A stretch of DNA of 64,000 bases from Takakia lepidozioides (taxonomy: Eukaryota; Plantae; Bryophyta): positions 434,001 through 498,000 of the forward strand of contig CM060732.1 of NCBI GenBank assembly GCA_030704615.1, written 5' to 3'. A program made the translations under genes and the position numbers. Each line of letters starts with the position of its first letter. Within the stretch, counting starts at the first letter, position 1. Under the pieces are notes generated by a model. That model was not told the origin of the DNA and searched no databases. It saw only the letters and a list, made by a program, of their open reading frames with translations. Of this stretch, positions 24,394 to 36,900 are shown piece by piece.

Positions 24394-25440
24394 GATGCCT
24401 CTAGAGCTCTCCAGTTTGACGTTTGCAACAAGGGTTGCTATTGCATGTAACCAAAATCAAAATTGGACATTGTCAACCGTATTTGGATGCGGGTGTTGTT
24501 ATTGTGTGCGAACGGAATTCATCCATTTCGGCGTCTTTGTATTATTCAAGAAATAAAGTGCTAGAAAATATGTACATACGTTGCATGTACTTGTGATATA
24601 TGTCAGATGTACTTCGCCGCCTGCCAATATATGGCGGCCTTCTTGCATGGTTTCAAATTCGGAAGTGCCGTAGAAATCTAATGCTAGTTCAATTTGGAGC
24701 AGTTCTTGCAGATTCGCCATAAATGTTGTGCTTCACATATGCATCCATGTGTTTCGTACTGCCTGCCCTGTGCTTTGCATTTTGCCGTCATCGTCGCCAT
24801 GGGGTCATTCGGTATAAAGGGTTGTGTCGGAAATGATCTTGTGTTGCACACATCCGTGCGAGGTGACTCTTGGAGTGTCAGTGTTTGTGATGTGCTCTTC
24901 TGGCACGACACGACCTCATTACATTCGGGGTCTTCCTGTTTACTGCTCTCCAGGGTTGTTGCCGTCTTTCCATAAAGGATGGTGAACGCAGCGAAATGCG
25001 ATACGTAATGTGAATTGCAGAATTCCGCGAATCATCGAGTCTTTGAACGCAAGTTGCGCCCGAGGCTTGTCCCGAGGGCATGCCTGCCTGAGCGTCATCG
25101 AGATACCCACCGTCTCCCCACTCCGCTCTGGCGGAGCGGGCGAGTCGGGTGGAGATGGCCGTCTATGTTCAGGGTTTGTTTTTCATCCAAAAACAGCACG
25201 GCTTCTTGTGGCTTCCTGTATTTGAAAACAGTTTTTCTAGTTGGTGTCTCTCAGCGTGGTTATCTCCGAAGTTCAGTGCATGTCATTCCTGCATCCTTTT
25301 GATGCATCGCCCGCAGCCTTTGGGTTAGTGCTACCCTTGTTGACCTCAATTTTTTTGTGGTGGATCCCCTTTCAAGAATTGCGGGCTATCAATTCGGGGA
25401 TTCCGTTGTGAATCGAAAGTTTCGGTCAGCGTAGGAAAAC

Positions 25441-28400
25441 ATGTCCAGGGACAGAGATAGACTAGCCCGATTTCATTCCAATGCAGGTAGTCTTCCACTG
25501 ACTGCCACTGCAGACGACGATGGGTTTGCAGTTGTTCATGAGGATGAGCTGGTTACAGTGTTCCCACTGGAATTGGGTTCTCTGCTTGTTCAAAAAGAGG
25601 TGTATGACGAGGATGGGAATTTGGATTCTGGACATTTGGAGAAACCATTGGTTGGCGAGTGTGGAAGGAAGTGGAGAGTCCTTCCAGGCACATACCGTGT
25701 CCTTGGAAAAGAGAGAAGATAATCAGCAGGATCAGTCATTACCCCTGGAACTGCAGCATCGGTCGTGCAGCAAAAGGGCACAGTTCATGTGAAACAAGAG
25801 GTGAGCACATCCACTACATTCGTGATTCTTTCAGACTCGTCCTCGGAGGATGTTTCTGAGATTCCTCCGCCAGTGCAGACTACATTCTTGGATGAATCCG
25901 AATTGCAAGAGATAACGAGTGTCATTCCAAAATTGAAAGCCCTCGCAGGGGTGCCTGGGTGCAAGAGTGAGCTGCGTTTTGTTGATTGGGAGTCCCTTCG
26001 TGTGCAGCGGGTTCAATACGTGCCAGTAGAGTTTGATGGGGACATCTTGTTTGAGCTCAACCCTCCCACGTCTTCCAATGGACTGGCTGGGCTTCTGCAG
26101 GGCATGGACAAGAAACATGACGGACACCCTTGGTGTAGGACAAAAACGTCAAATATCCACAACGACATTGGATTGAAATTTCAAAGGTCGGTTTGCGTTG
26201 GGCATTGCAAGTGCCTGAATATATCTTGCCCTCGCCTGAGAAACAGTGCTCAACCAAACGAAAGTGAGTGGGAAGGTGTGCCCTTGAATCCTTTCACCCC
26301 AGGACTTGCCCCTCCCAAGACCAATACTTTTGTGTGCAGGTTCTGCAAACTTTCCCCGTCCTGTGTTTCTGTGTGCCACGCTCGTATGTACCAGGAGGCA
26401 CACCGATGCAAGACAATGACTCGTGCCTGCATTCATATGGGTGCACACGAGCATCCTGTGTCCAAAGGAAGTTGCAGGGATAGCGTGGACATCGCTAGAA
26501 ATCTGCTGAAGCAGGAGTTCAACAATGCCCCTTGTGCAACACCTTTTGCTATAGCGCTTGCAGCTAGCAAGGCTTTCATGGAAAAACACATATTGGGTGA
26601 AGGGGATTTGACACAACCAATGCTGGATGCAGATTCGCTTGATGCAGTGATGGACCATTTCTCCGTGTTGAGTTCTCCCAATATTCGAAACCAGGTGAAT
26701 GCACTCAGAGTCGGCATAGGCACTGCTGGATTCATGGACAACATTATGGACCTCAAACGGAGAAGTCGCTATGAATTCATTCAAAACAGTATCTTCCCTG
26801 GCCAGGGCTCATCCAAGGTGTATTTGTTCAAGATGTCCGCAGTGGGCGAAGGCAGTGGTGTGAGCATTGTCCGCCGAATGCAACCTGGAGGAGATTTGGC
26901 TAAATGTTGGTTGATGTTTGATCACTGCAAACGGGTGAAGGGTTGGACAACCATGGCGTGCCATGTGTATGATCCAGCGTACCAGCGTGTGCTCTCAATA
27001 GCAATTTGTGATATGCAGTCGGAGGACACTGAATCCCAGATGCTCATGTGGAATTCGCTCCTGGCCGTCATGCAGCGCAATGGAATACAGAACACAAATT
27101 ATGCGGGCTTCATGGCTGATAGTGCACAGGCAAATTTCAATGCAGTACGGCGCGTGTTTGGTTCGGGGGATCCTAAGGTCCCAATGGAAAATATGGAGCG
27201 CACATGCCTCTTCCATTGGAGTCAATCTCTGGCACGTCATACAAAGCGGTGCATTCGCCCTGACCTTCAGTTGGAGCACAGAAGGCTCTGTCTCAAGTAC
27301 AAAAATGCCAACTCAATGGGAGAAGCTGAGAGCACTTACCAAGCAATCCGGGCTTGGTGGTTCTCCTCTGGTGCTACTACTGGTATCCACCTGAAGGAGT
27401 TGGAGGACTGGTTGGTTTTCTGGCACTTCAGATACAGACAGTGGGGAGCTTTCATGACGACGGTAAGCCTCTTCAATCCCAAAATCAGAAATTTTGCATC
27501 GTGCCTCTTCATTTGGGGTTCTTGGATTGTCGCTTGCAGAACCTCTTCCATTTCCTTTCCTTCCTCACATTTCCATGCAATGCCTCATGCAAGACATGTC
27601 CTTGGAGGACTTGGCCGACATGCCATCCTGTAATTTGGCGGAGACTGTTCATAACGCCTGGATGCAGCAATCTACCAAAGCAGGTCGTGATTTGTATGTG
27701 GCCACTGCTGATGACATGGTGCGGGCACTCACACAACAAACCAGGTACCACAATTTTCTGATGGGACGGGGTGGAGGCAAGGGCCCCAGTACGACTTTGT
27801 TGATGCTAAGGGCTGCAAGTAGGTCCGGAGACCCATCCAAGATGGCCAGAGCTCTGAACAGGTGCACTGAAGGCTCCCCTTTGCAATCCAGGCTCCCTCA
27901 TTTGGAAGGCGAGGAAAGATTTGGATCATGCAAAAGGAAATTGAACACTCTTCCAGGTTCAGATGGAGATTCCCATCGCCCAGACAGGGTCAATTTCTCT
28001 GTGCCAAAGGTGTCTCCAGTGCAGACTAAGTCGTGTGCCGGCCCCTTCCCAGGTGGGTCCTCCTCCTGTGGAGCAGGTGCAGAACATGCAAGCACGGCAG
28101 CAGGAATCCCATTGGAGGAGGTGGTGGCCATGGTGCAGGAATCTGATTGCATTGATAGTGAGTGGCATATAGAACGCACCCCACCAGGATCTAGAGTTGC
28201 TTGCATGGCAATTCGGACCCCCTCTTTCAAGAAATGCAAATCAAAAATATGCAAAGGCTCCAGGGGACTCCAGCTCCAACATTCACAGGGTTGTTCCGAC
28301 CTTATCATAGTGGGGAGTCAAAGGACCACAAGTTCTGGTTCTGCCCAGACGATATGGCACGATGCGACAAGGGAACAGTTCATCCTTCGGTGATAATGAA

Positions 28401-29003
28401 ACCCCCTCCCCCCGCAATTTGGCCTGTGAAACTTGGGACGTCGCTGTCAACAACCGAGATAAGCATGCTGGAGGAGGGAGGGTTTTGTCTTGCACGATCC
28501 CGAGTGGTGCCCTTGTGCACTGTCGGCACAGATGTGCCACAAGCTCCGGCAATGCCTCCACCCGGTGCCGACTCCCACCCAACAAAAAGAGATGGAAAAA
28601 CAGTGCGCCGTGTCGCTTCGGGTGCAGATCACGAATGCAAGATGGAATCGGCTAGAATTTTGCAGGCTCGGGTGGCTCGTATCACCGAAGTCCCTGCCCC
28701 AGGGTATGGACGGATTTACACAGTGCTGTCTATTGGCTCAGTTCTTCATGGCAAAGAATATCAGGTTACCGTGGGAATTTCCCTACTTGCACTTGTCCGG
28801 ATTTTGTAACGATGCGTGAGGGCGCTCTCGGCATGAGAGGGAAGTGGGTCCCCTGCAAGCATCAATATTACATATACCTTGTAATTATGTGTTGCGACGG
28901 TAAGAGAGACCAATTCATTCACCAAGCCACACTAGGCTATGGAGAAGTCATCACCCTTCTGCAGCGGGACACCTCACGTAGGGCTCCGCCAAATTCTCTT
29001 TGA
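25441..29003 (+). pseudogene. MULE transposase B (GCM/WRKY-like, DDE, SWIM); intron ~27463-27592; frameshifted
   Basis: DGHPWCRTKT...CVGHCKC...CRFC...HMGAHEH; WLMFD; FMAD...CLFH; CNLAETVH; CTCPDF...PCKH. Frameshifts near 25715, 28265 and 28775; the intron acceptor reads CAA instead of CAG. Confidence 0.82.
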
Positions 29004-29394
29004 ACACATACGAGCCATGCCCGCTTCCCATGCTGGTTTCAAGGTTACCGTGTGAAGACTTTGCATTTAGGACAAACACATACATTTTGTTCATGGAACC
29101 AGGGCAAATGCACATGCCATTCATTGTAAGCGTCTATCTGTGAATTGAAATAAAGTGTGTCAATCATTCTGAGCTCAATTCTGCCATATTTTCATATTCC
29201 TCTTTTTGTGCAGGCATTGCAGACATGGTGCATGGTGGCCCCCTTTGTTTTGTCCACGGTAATAGGCCCTCTTCATGCAATCCTCGCCTATAGGACCTGC
29301 TTCTCCAGCAGATTTGTGCCGCTCACGCTTTGCAGCTACAACGTGAGCTCAGCTCCCAGGCTCACGGGGCTGGGCTCACGCCGTAGCTACGCTG

Positions 29395-31286
29395 GTGGGT
29401 GACAATGGGTGCACATGTCTACGACACCCACTGCAGGATGCTAATGACAATTGCTATTTGTGAGATGAAAGGAGAGGACACACAATTGGAGATGCTTCTT
29501 TGGTAGGGAATAAACGAACAGATGGCTAAGGCGGGATTGCCCCCTCCCAATTTCCGTGGTTTCATGGCGGACAACGCACAAGCAAATTGGGCTGCCATCC
29601 GAAGGGTGTACGGGCAAGACCCCAATGTTCCCATGGAAGGCAAAGAGAGATCTTGTGGGTTCCATTTTCTGCAGAGTCTTTCGCAGTACACAACCAGGCT
29701 GCACCATCCGGGTGGATATGAGAGCACGCTGTGGTGAGATGATTCGGAGGAACCCACACGGTGCTGTACCTGCACCTTGTTTCAGCGGCAGATTTTTTAC
29801 TCCCACATTTGCTCATGCCACAACGCAGACGTTTTGGTTCTGTAGGCACGACATAATGACTTGTGTATTTGGCAAGCCCAAGTACGAGATTCAGGGAATG
29901 CCGGAGCCTCCGGGCGTCTGGCCTGTTGCACCGGGTTGCAGCCTCTTTCAGAATGAGGCGGATGCTCTATCTGCAGCAGGATTTCGAATGGTGCAACGCA
30001 CAGACGTCTCGGCCCACGCATTTCCAGTTCCTAAGACCCAGCCATTGCAAACTGTTCGGTCCAGTAGAGACGGATTGGACAATTCTGCACATCCCACAAT
30101 GCGATTCGGAAGAGTGAAGAGACGACACCCTCCCAACAAGTTGAATGAGACTCGGATTGCCAATGCTCTTGGGATGGCTTGCACTATTCAGAGCTCCGTG
30201 GACGTACCTCCACCCGGCCTTGGGCGTGTTTATTAGATGGCAACGGCCGGCTCGGCTGTACGCGACGATGTATACACAATTACGATTAGAGTGGAGCCGA
30301 CTTGCAATTGTACGGACTTCTCATTGATGGAAGCAAAGAAGGGTTCAAAGTATTATCCGTGCAAGCATCTGTATTACATTTACCTGAAGAGGTTGAGGAT
30401 GAACGTGACTATTGATGACTTTATTCATGCACCGGCGTTGAGCGTGAACGAGCTGTACAAACTCCTCCTTAGGGATTCCAGAAATCATTGATGGGGCAAA
30501 GAGAATCCTCCATATGGATATTTTCAATTGCATTTTCATGTATCAGACTTTTTTTTGCAGTGTAATGAAATGCACCCCAAAACTACTGGAATGAGGCAAT
30601 ATTCCATTCAAATTGAGATCCAACAGAAGCAGTTGTGGGGCCATTTCTGGAAAAATGGCGCCGAATTTCTCTATTTTGGGCCGAAAACTGGCTAAGTCCC
30701 AACATGCACTGGTACCCCTGTGTCAAGAAAAATGGCGCCGAATTTCCCTATTTTGGGCCGAAAACTGGCTAACTCCAAACATGCACGGGAACGATGTCTG
30801 GAAAAATGGCGCCCAATTTCCAGTTACATGGCCCAGAACTGCCCAACATCTGTGCAATCCCCGGCACCATGTACCGAAATTCGGCGCCACATTTCCAAAT
30901 TTTGGGCTTACACACCTGTCATGAGGGGACCTATAGCCGCGGAATTCGGCACCATTTTTCGCCAGAGAGACCTATTACCGCGAAATACGTCGCGGTTTTT
31001 TTCAGGTTACGGACCCTATTACCGCGAAATTCGGCGCCATTTTTGCACATGTCGCTGGGAATTGACATGAGCGGAAGACGAAATATCATGAGCACAACTC
31101 TCAAAACTACAATTTTCCCTTCAAGGTGCCGAATACTATATTTGTTTTTTCTGACACATTGCATTAAATTAATGTTTTATAATGTTTTTTATTTTCGAAA
31201 TTTGTACTTCTGCTCACGAAAACCGATTGTCTTGCTACTCCGCTCATGCCGCTCATGCCGCTCATGCTCATGAAATAGCTAACCTC
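29395..31286 (+). mobile_element. MULE family A, copy 2: 5'-truncated and internally deleted
   Basis: Reverse complement of ~9183-8878 joined to ~7952-6328; ends ...GCTCATGAAATAGCTAACCTC. Confidence 0.9.
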
Positions 31287-32350
31287 GCAACAGATTAGAG
31301 TTGGGTATTTTTTTATGGTGCCACAAGGAGCGAAGCCATATCTAAGAGAAGTATAGAAGCACTTGATCAAAGGACTTGGTAGTCACTCAATCATAAGGTA
31401 TTTGATTCTGATATAAGGCATCGGCTACAAGAGACTAGCTAACAAAAGTAGTGTACATTGACCGGATCAAGTATAAGGTGTACACATACTCCCGTAAGCT
31501 GTCTTACCAGGGCTTCGCTCATAATATCGACATTCATAAGTCCTTTAGATGCTCAGGTATCATCAAGGATGCCTTACTTTTCATACCCAATCAATCAACC
31601 ATACTATTGCTGGAGAAGATCATACCTGGCCAAGGGGGATTCATACCCCAAGGCTTTCAGTTCATCATTCCAGTTTGGAATGTGTTTGCTGCCTATCTGC
31701 CTGCAAGGCTCCTCAAAAAATATCGTCAGTACATCAGAATGAGAAGGTGAAAGAGGAAAGGAGAAGGGTAGATGGTGTGTACAAAAACCACTAAGTACAC
31801 TGATCAGATAAAGAGAGGGAAGATATACATGTCATGTCAAGACATGGACAAGACCACTAAGGTCATTGTCATTGAAAGACAAAGCAGCCCTTTACAGGGC
31901 ACCATCTAACAACCACTTCCATGTTTACCATCTCATTTGAATATCCCATTACATTTCAGGGTATCTGAAAAAACAGGGTGGGAGGGTGGGATTCTTGGTC
32001 AATCATATTATGAAAGCACCATAGTTTGACATACAACGATCACCACCATACTTGCCGATTGTAACATCATTTCAAAAACCAGATTGCAGGTCTGGAGATA
32101 AATCTCGAGAGCCAAGCACATAGTCCTTTAAATTGCAATTGAAACAGCAAGCCATACATGTCTTAAGCATTTGCCTGTTGACATAATGATTCCTCATTTT
32201 TTGTTGACATGGGTCAAGCCTTACATAATCCAGTTCTTGAGCCATTCATCTTCCTAAAAAGGCATCCTGTGTTGGCTTGAAACCGATCTATCAATGCCAA
32301 GACACATGCAAGATTCATAAAGTAGAAACGGGGCTGAGTTTTTTCAGGCA

Positions 32351-33352
32351 TAGAGGACTGTCTGGGACTTAGACACTTATACGGGATCTGTAGGGTACCC
32401 TTAATTTTTGCACAGACTGAGACCAACAGGAGCCTTAGGGGTGACATCAGTGCACTGTAGAGGGGGGTTACACAGCCCATCACAGCCCACACAGCCCGTC
32501 ACAGTCGTCACAACCGACACAGCCAACACAGCCCGACACAGCCCACACAGCCCATCACAATCGTCACAGCCCACACAGCCCACACAGCCCGTCACAGTCG
32601 TCACAGCCGACACAGCCAACACAACCCGTCACAGTCGCACAGCCAATCACAGCCCGTCACAGTTTCACACAGCCAGTCACAGCTTGACACAGCTGTCACG
32701 ACCATAGGGAACGGAGAGCAGGACAGGGAACGACTGTGGGGAACAACACCTGCATATGGAACATGTTAGTTCACGGACGACGGTTAGTGAGGGAAACGGT
32801 TAGAGCCACCACGGGTAAGAAGATAAAGGGAGAAGCAGGGAATTTTGGGGATGATTATTATTCGGAGGAGGACTTCTGGGTCATCCATGAGAGGAGATGG
32901 AGCGGAGAGGAGGATCGGAAGCAAAGATGGGGAGCACGGTGAAGGAGGAAAGAGGATTAGTAGATGCTTGTTATATGCAAAGCGATAGTGATATAATAGA
33001 GCAGATTAGAGACACAATGGCTTCGGCCTGATACCTGATAAATCATAATCGGATACTTTTACGATACAATCACACTGTGTAGAGAGATCTGAGTGAAGCT
33101 GTGGAATGAATGGATGAGTTGATGGAATCCAATAGATTGATAAAGCAAACTGATACTTAATTATCAATGGTAAGGTAGCTAACATGAATGCCAAAAGGGA
33201 AACAAATAGGAAACACCCCCATGATACACTAGCTGTAGGACATGATTGATTGTTCTGCGCGGGCTGAGTACTTAGAGATTTCCAACTCTTCTATCTTGGA
33301 GTTTCCGCCTCGAATAGCGAAGGGATGGGTGAGTGAGTAAAGCCGCGCGACA
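32351..33352 (+). repeat. 5' LTR (missing initial TGT) with ACAGCC/GTCACAG microrepeats
   Basis: Matches 44650-45721; ends GCCGCGCGACA. Confidence 0.93.
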
Positions 33353-33354
33353 TT

Positions 33355-33372
33355 TGGCGACCATACTGGGGA
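33355..33372 (+). promoter_or_regulatory. tRNA primer-binding site (likely tRNA-Arg)
   Basis: TGGCGACCATACTGGGGA 2 nt after the LTR; resembles the TGGCGAC...CTGGGGA PBS of Ogre/Tat-type elements. Confidence 0.75.
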
Positions 33373-33394
33373 ACTGAGTAATGAACAACCAGAT

Positions 33395-33940
33395 GTGACA
33401 GGCATCTGGTGGGATCATGGTGGTTGGACCATTAAAGAATTTGAAGTGAATCAAATTCCCTGTGGAACAAAGGAAGAAAGATTGTCAAAACAATTCTTTC
33501 AAAGGTTCTTGGAATTACCAGACGGTTGTAAAGAAAATATTCTTAAGCGAGTGCATGATGCTGATCCGGAATGGGGTCTGGAGAAAGGAGTGATAAAGAT
33601 TTATCAGGTAGCCTGTAGAGGAAGAGCACGTTGGTTATCAACGTTGGTTTATGTGATAGCATTGCTATCCATTAAGCGAGTAGAGTTTGAAAGCTGGGAA
33701 GAAAGAAAGGTGAATGTTTATACTCATATGCATGAAGAGCTTGTACTGGTAAAGAATTGGATTCCAAAGGATATTTTGTGGATCAAACTCACACCAAGAA
33801 CAGCTTTCCAGACTTGTTTGCCATATGGTTATATGGTAACGGAGACTTCAAGTATAGCCAAGGGTGCATTGAAGCTTGAAAGAAACCCAGGCATATACGA
33901 GAGATATTACAGAAGAGAGTTTTGGTTATTGCCACATTAA
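33395..33940 (+). CDS. Extra ORF upstream of gag, unknown function
   Basis: 181-codon open frame between the PBS and gag, in the same frame as gag; non-ATG start in the ORF track. Confidence 0.45.
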   Translation: MTGIWWDHGGWTIKEFEVNQIPCGTKEERLSKQFFQRFLELPDGCKENILKRVHDADPEWGLEKGVIKIYQVACRGRARWLSTLVYVIALLSIKRVEFESWEERKVNVYTHMHEELVLVKNWIPKDILWIKLTPRTAFQTCLPYGYMVTETSSIAKGALKLERNPGIYERYYRREFWLLPH

Positions 33941-33961
33941 AAAAAATGAAAGACATGGGAC

Positions 33962-36900
33962 ATGAGTGATGAAAGAGAAGCTAGACGCCAGAGATATTCA
34001 GCAAAAAGAATAAGCTATCTAAAAGCTAATTATCCATATCTTTGGGAGAGAGGAATAGACATAGGGGAATCATCTGGACCTCTCACACCATTAAGATCAA
34101 AGAGTACATCACCCATACCGGAAGAACTAGAGTTGGATGCCACTCCTTCTGTTTCTTTGCAAGAAAGATTAAGGGAATTGGTACAGGAAGAAGATCAATC
34201 ACGAGGTGAAAGATCTGAGGTACATCCCTGGATAAAAGATTTGACAGAAATCTTTGATAAGAGTTGGCATGGAACACCAAAAGCAGGAACTCCAGTTTCT
34301 GAAGCAGAAGGTGAAGAAGGAGAAGAGGATGTGGCAGAGCCAACGGAGAGTTCAGACTCTCCAACACCATTACAGTTGAGTTACATGAGTGAAGAAGAAA
34401 CCCAAGGGCAGAACTTGGAGGATGAAAACAGAGAGAAGAAATTGGAAGAGGAAGAATATGAAGAAGTAGACCCAACAGCTGAGGTTGAGACTACAACCAG
34501 GACATCCCAACCCGTTGGACCTGGATCAAGTGGAGCACTTGGATCACAGGCCAACGAAGGTGTCGGCTCAGGGGGATCAGGCGGGTTGCCTGGATCTGGC
34601 TCTGGGGGGACGGGGAGTGTGGAAGTAAATATCGTGCGGTCGGAAGCAGGGAGTGCTCAAGGGCCACCACTTGGTGGAAGATCCACCACAAAAACAACAG
34701 GTCCAGAAGGACCAGCACCAGCAAGGGTGCCAGCACCTGTCAGTGGGCAGAAGGTAGGGCCACAGATGGCGTTACAACCAACACGGGAAAAACCACCCTT
34801 TCCAATATATTCAGGAAAAGGGGATCCCGATGTACACATTAGCCAATTTGAGCACATGTGTATAGTGAACAATGAGAATGGCGATGATGCCAAGATGAGA
34901 TTGTTTCCTTGTTCACTTATCAAGAAAGCAAGTGAATGGTATGCAAGATTCCCTGATAATCATTTCCTAACCTGGAATGGCTTGAATACAGCATTTCGAA
35001 ATAGGTTCAGGACAAGTAAAACTGAGGATGAAGTGTATAGGAGTTTACAACAGCTGAAGCAGAAGAAGCATGAAACTGTTGAAGAGTATATGGAGAAGAT
35101 GGAATTGATGATGAAAAAGCTGGCTGCAGTACCAGCACCCGGTTTACAGAAGACTTGGTTTGTGAGTGGACTAAGACCAGAGTTGCAAAAGAAAGTGGAT
35201 ATGTTACCCCATAATACAGTGGAGGAGGCATTTGAAACTGCTAACAGAATTGAGCAATTGGGAATGCTCAGGAGAGAAAAAAAAGATGATGAGGACTCTG
35301 AGGATGAGTCAGATGAAGAAGAAGAGCAAGAACTAAAAAGAAAGAGTAAGAGAAAGGAGAAGTTGAAGAGGGATAACTATGAAAAAAGATTGGAAGAAAT
35401 CTTGAAGAAGTATGCCACAGAGGCTGCAACACATTGGAGGAAGGGTGTATGGTGTGCAAAGTGCCAGAATGAAGGCCATACCACCACAGAATGCCACATG
35501 AAGGAGAAACACTGTACTATCTGTAAAATGGATAACCATTCTACTGAGAATTGTTACTACAACAGAAGGACAGCTGCAAGAGAACCTAGGCAAGTAAGGG
35601 TGCATCAGGTGCAGCCCCAGCCAAGAAGAAACAATGATCAGGACCACTATGGTAGGTCTGGTGGTTATAACAATGGCATGGAAGGGAGAGGTAATTCAAG
35701 AGGGAATTACCAAGGAAATTCCAGAGGCAACTATCAGGGTAATCCAAGGGGGAATTACCAGCCCGGGAATCAGGATTATAGAAATAATCCAAGAACAGAC
35801 CAAGGGCGAGGACCCAATGGTGAAGAACTATGTTACTATTGTAATCAGCCAGGACATCGCAGGGCAGCCTGTTCATTCTGGATAAGACACCAGAATGAGA
35901 TGAGAGCTCCTGTGAATGAGGGCCCAGTGGTGGCAGCTCACATGGTTAGGCCATGTGTTGTACCAGAAGTAAGTACAATGATAGTAACAAGAAGTAAAGC
36001 CAAACTAATACCTCCAGTAGTAGAGGAAGAAGATGATAATGAAGGTGGCAATGATATGCCTGAAGATGAAGAGACTTGGAAAGATGAGAAGGAACTGCAC
36101 AAGGAAGTGGCAGATACTATAAGGGAAATGCAGAAGAGTACTGATATTCCTGTGGCAGATTCCTCTGATTCTGATGGAGAAGAAGAAGGGAGTGAGGAAG
36201 AAAGGAAGAAAGAAGATGCAGACATGCAAAGTAATGAAGAGACTTTGGCTGAAGTAATATGCCAGACCAAAGCAGAAATTACCATTGGACAGCTATTAGC
36301 TGTGGCACCTTATTGTAGGCACAGGCTGTATCAAGCAATCAATCGAATTGCCCAGGAGACAGGAAACACAGACCTGAACAGCAAGGTGACCAGTTATAAT
36401 GTGAAGCCGGAAGGGCGAGAAACAGTCATGGACTTTGATGATTCTATGCCAGTAATCCAATTGAGAATTGGAAGCACAGAACTAACTGATGTACTGATAG
36501 ATGGAGGTTCTGGAGTAAATATCATGACAGACCAATTAAGGAAGAAGCTTGGTCTAAGTAACATGAAACCAGCCCCATTTACAGTAACAATGGCAGATCA
36601 AAGAAGTGTACAGCCATTGGGATTAATAAGAGGAGTTAAGATACAGATACAGAAGATGATCTTTATGATCACAGTAACTGTATTGAAGATGGATGAAGTC
36701 ATGGAGGCTTACTCCTTATTATTGGGACGTCCGTGGCTGAAACAGGCCAGGGTATTCCATGACTGGAATTCTCAGTTACTAACCGTGCATAATGGGATAC
36801 ACGAGATACAAATTACCACAAAGAAATCTAGTAGATTACCTGCTACAAGAAGACCTCGAGGAGTCAGAGAGTATGACTGGAAAGGAGGACTGGATGAGGA

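Larger units (their letters stand above)
17942..29394 (+). mobile_element. Mutator-like DNA transposon family B, copy 1, carrying a divergent ParB-methyltransferase gene
   Basis: Transposase at 25441-29003; the block ~23300-26711 recurs in inverted form at 45722-50498; right end has GCTCACG repeats and a hairpin. The left boundary is defined only by the break in the gypsy fragment, and no TSD is seen. Confidence 0.7.

Noticed and set aside
6328-31286. Single 25-kb element with 1.6-kb TIRs
   Set aside because: The inverted segments include transposase coding sequence and copy 2 has extra internal transposase sequence; no TSD. Better explained as two copies; kept only as a composite hypothesis.
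31290-32350. Possible host gene exon remnants (also 51441-54200)
   Set aside because: Frames contain many stops and no recognisable domain; a product cannot be supported.
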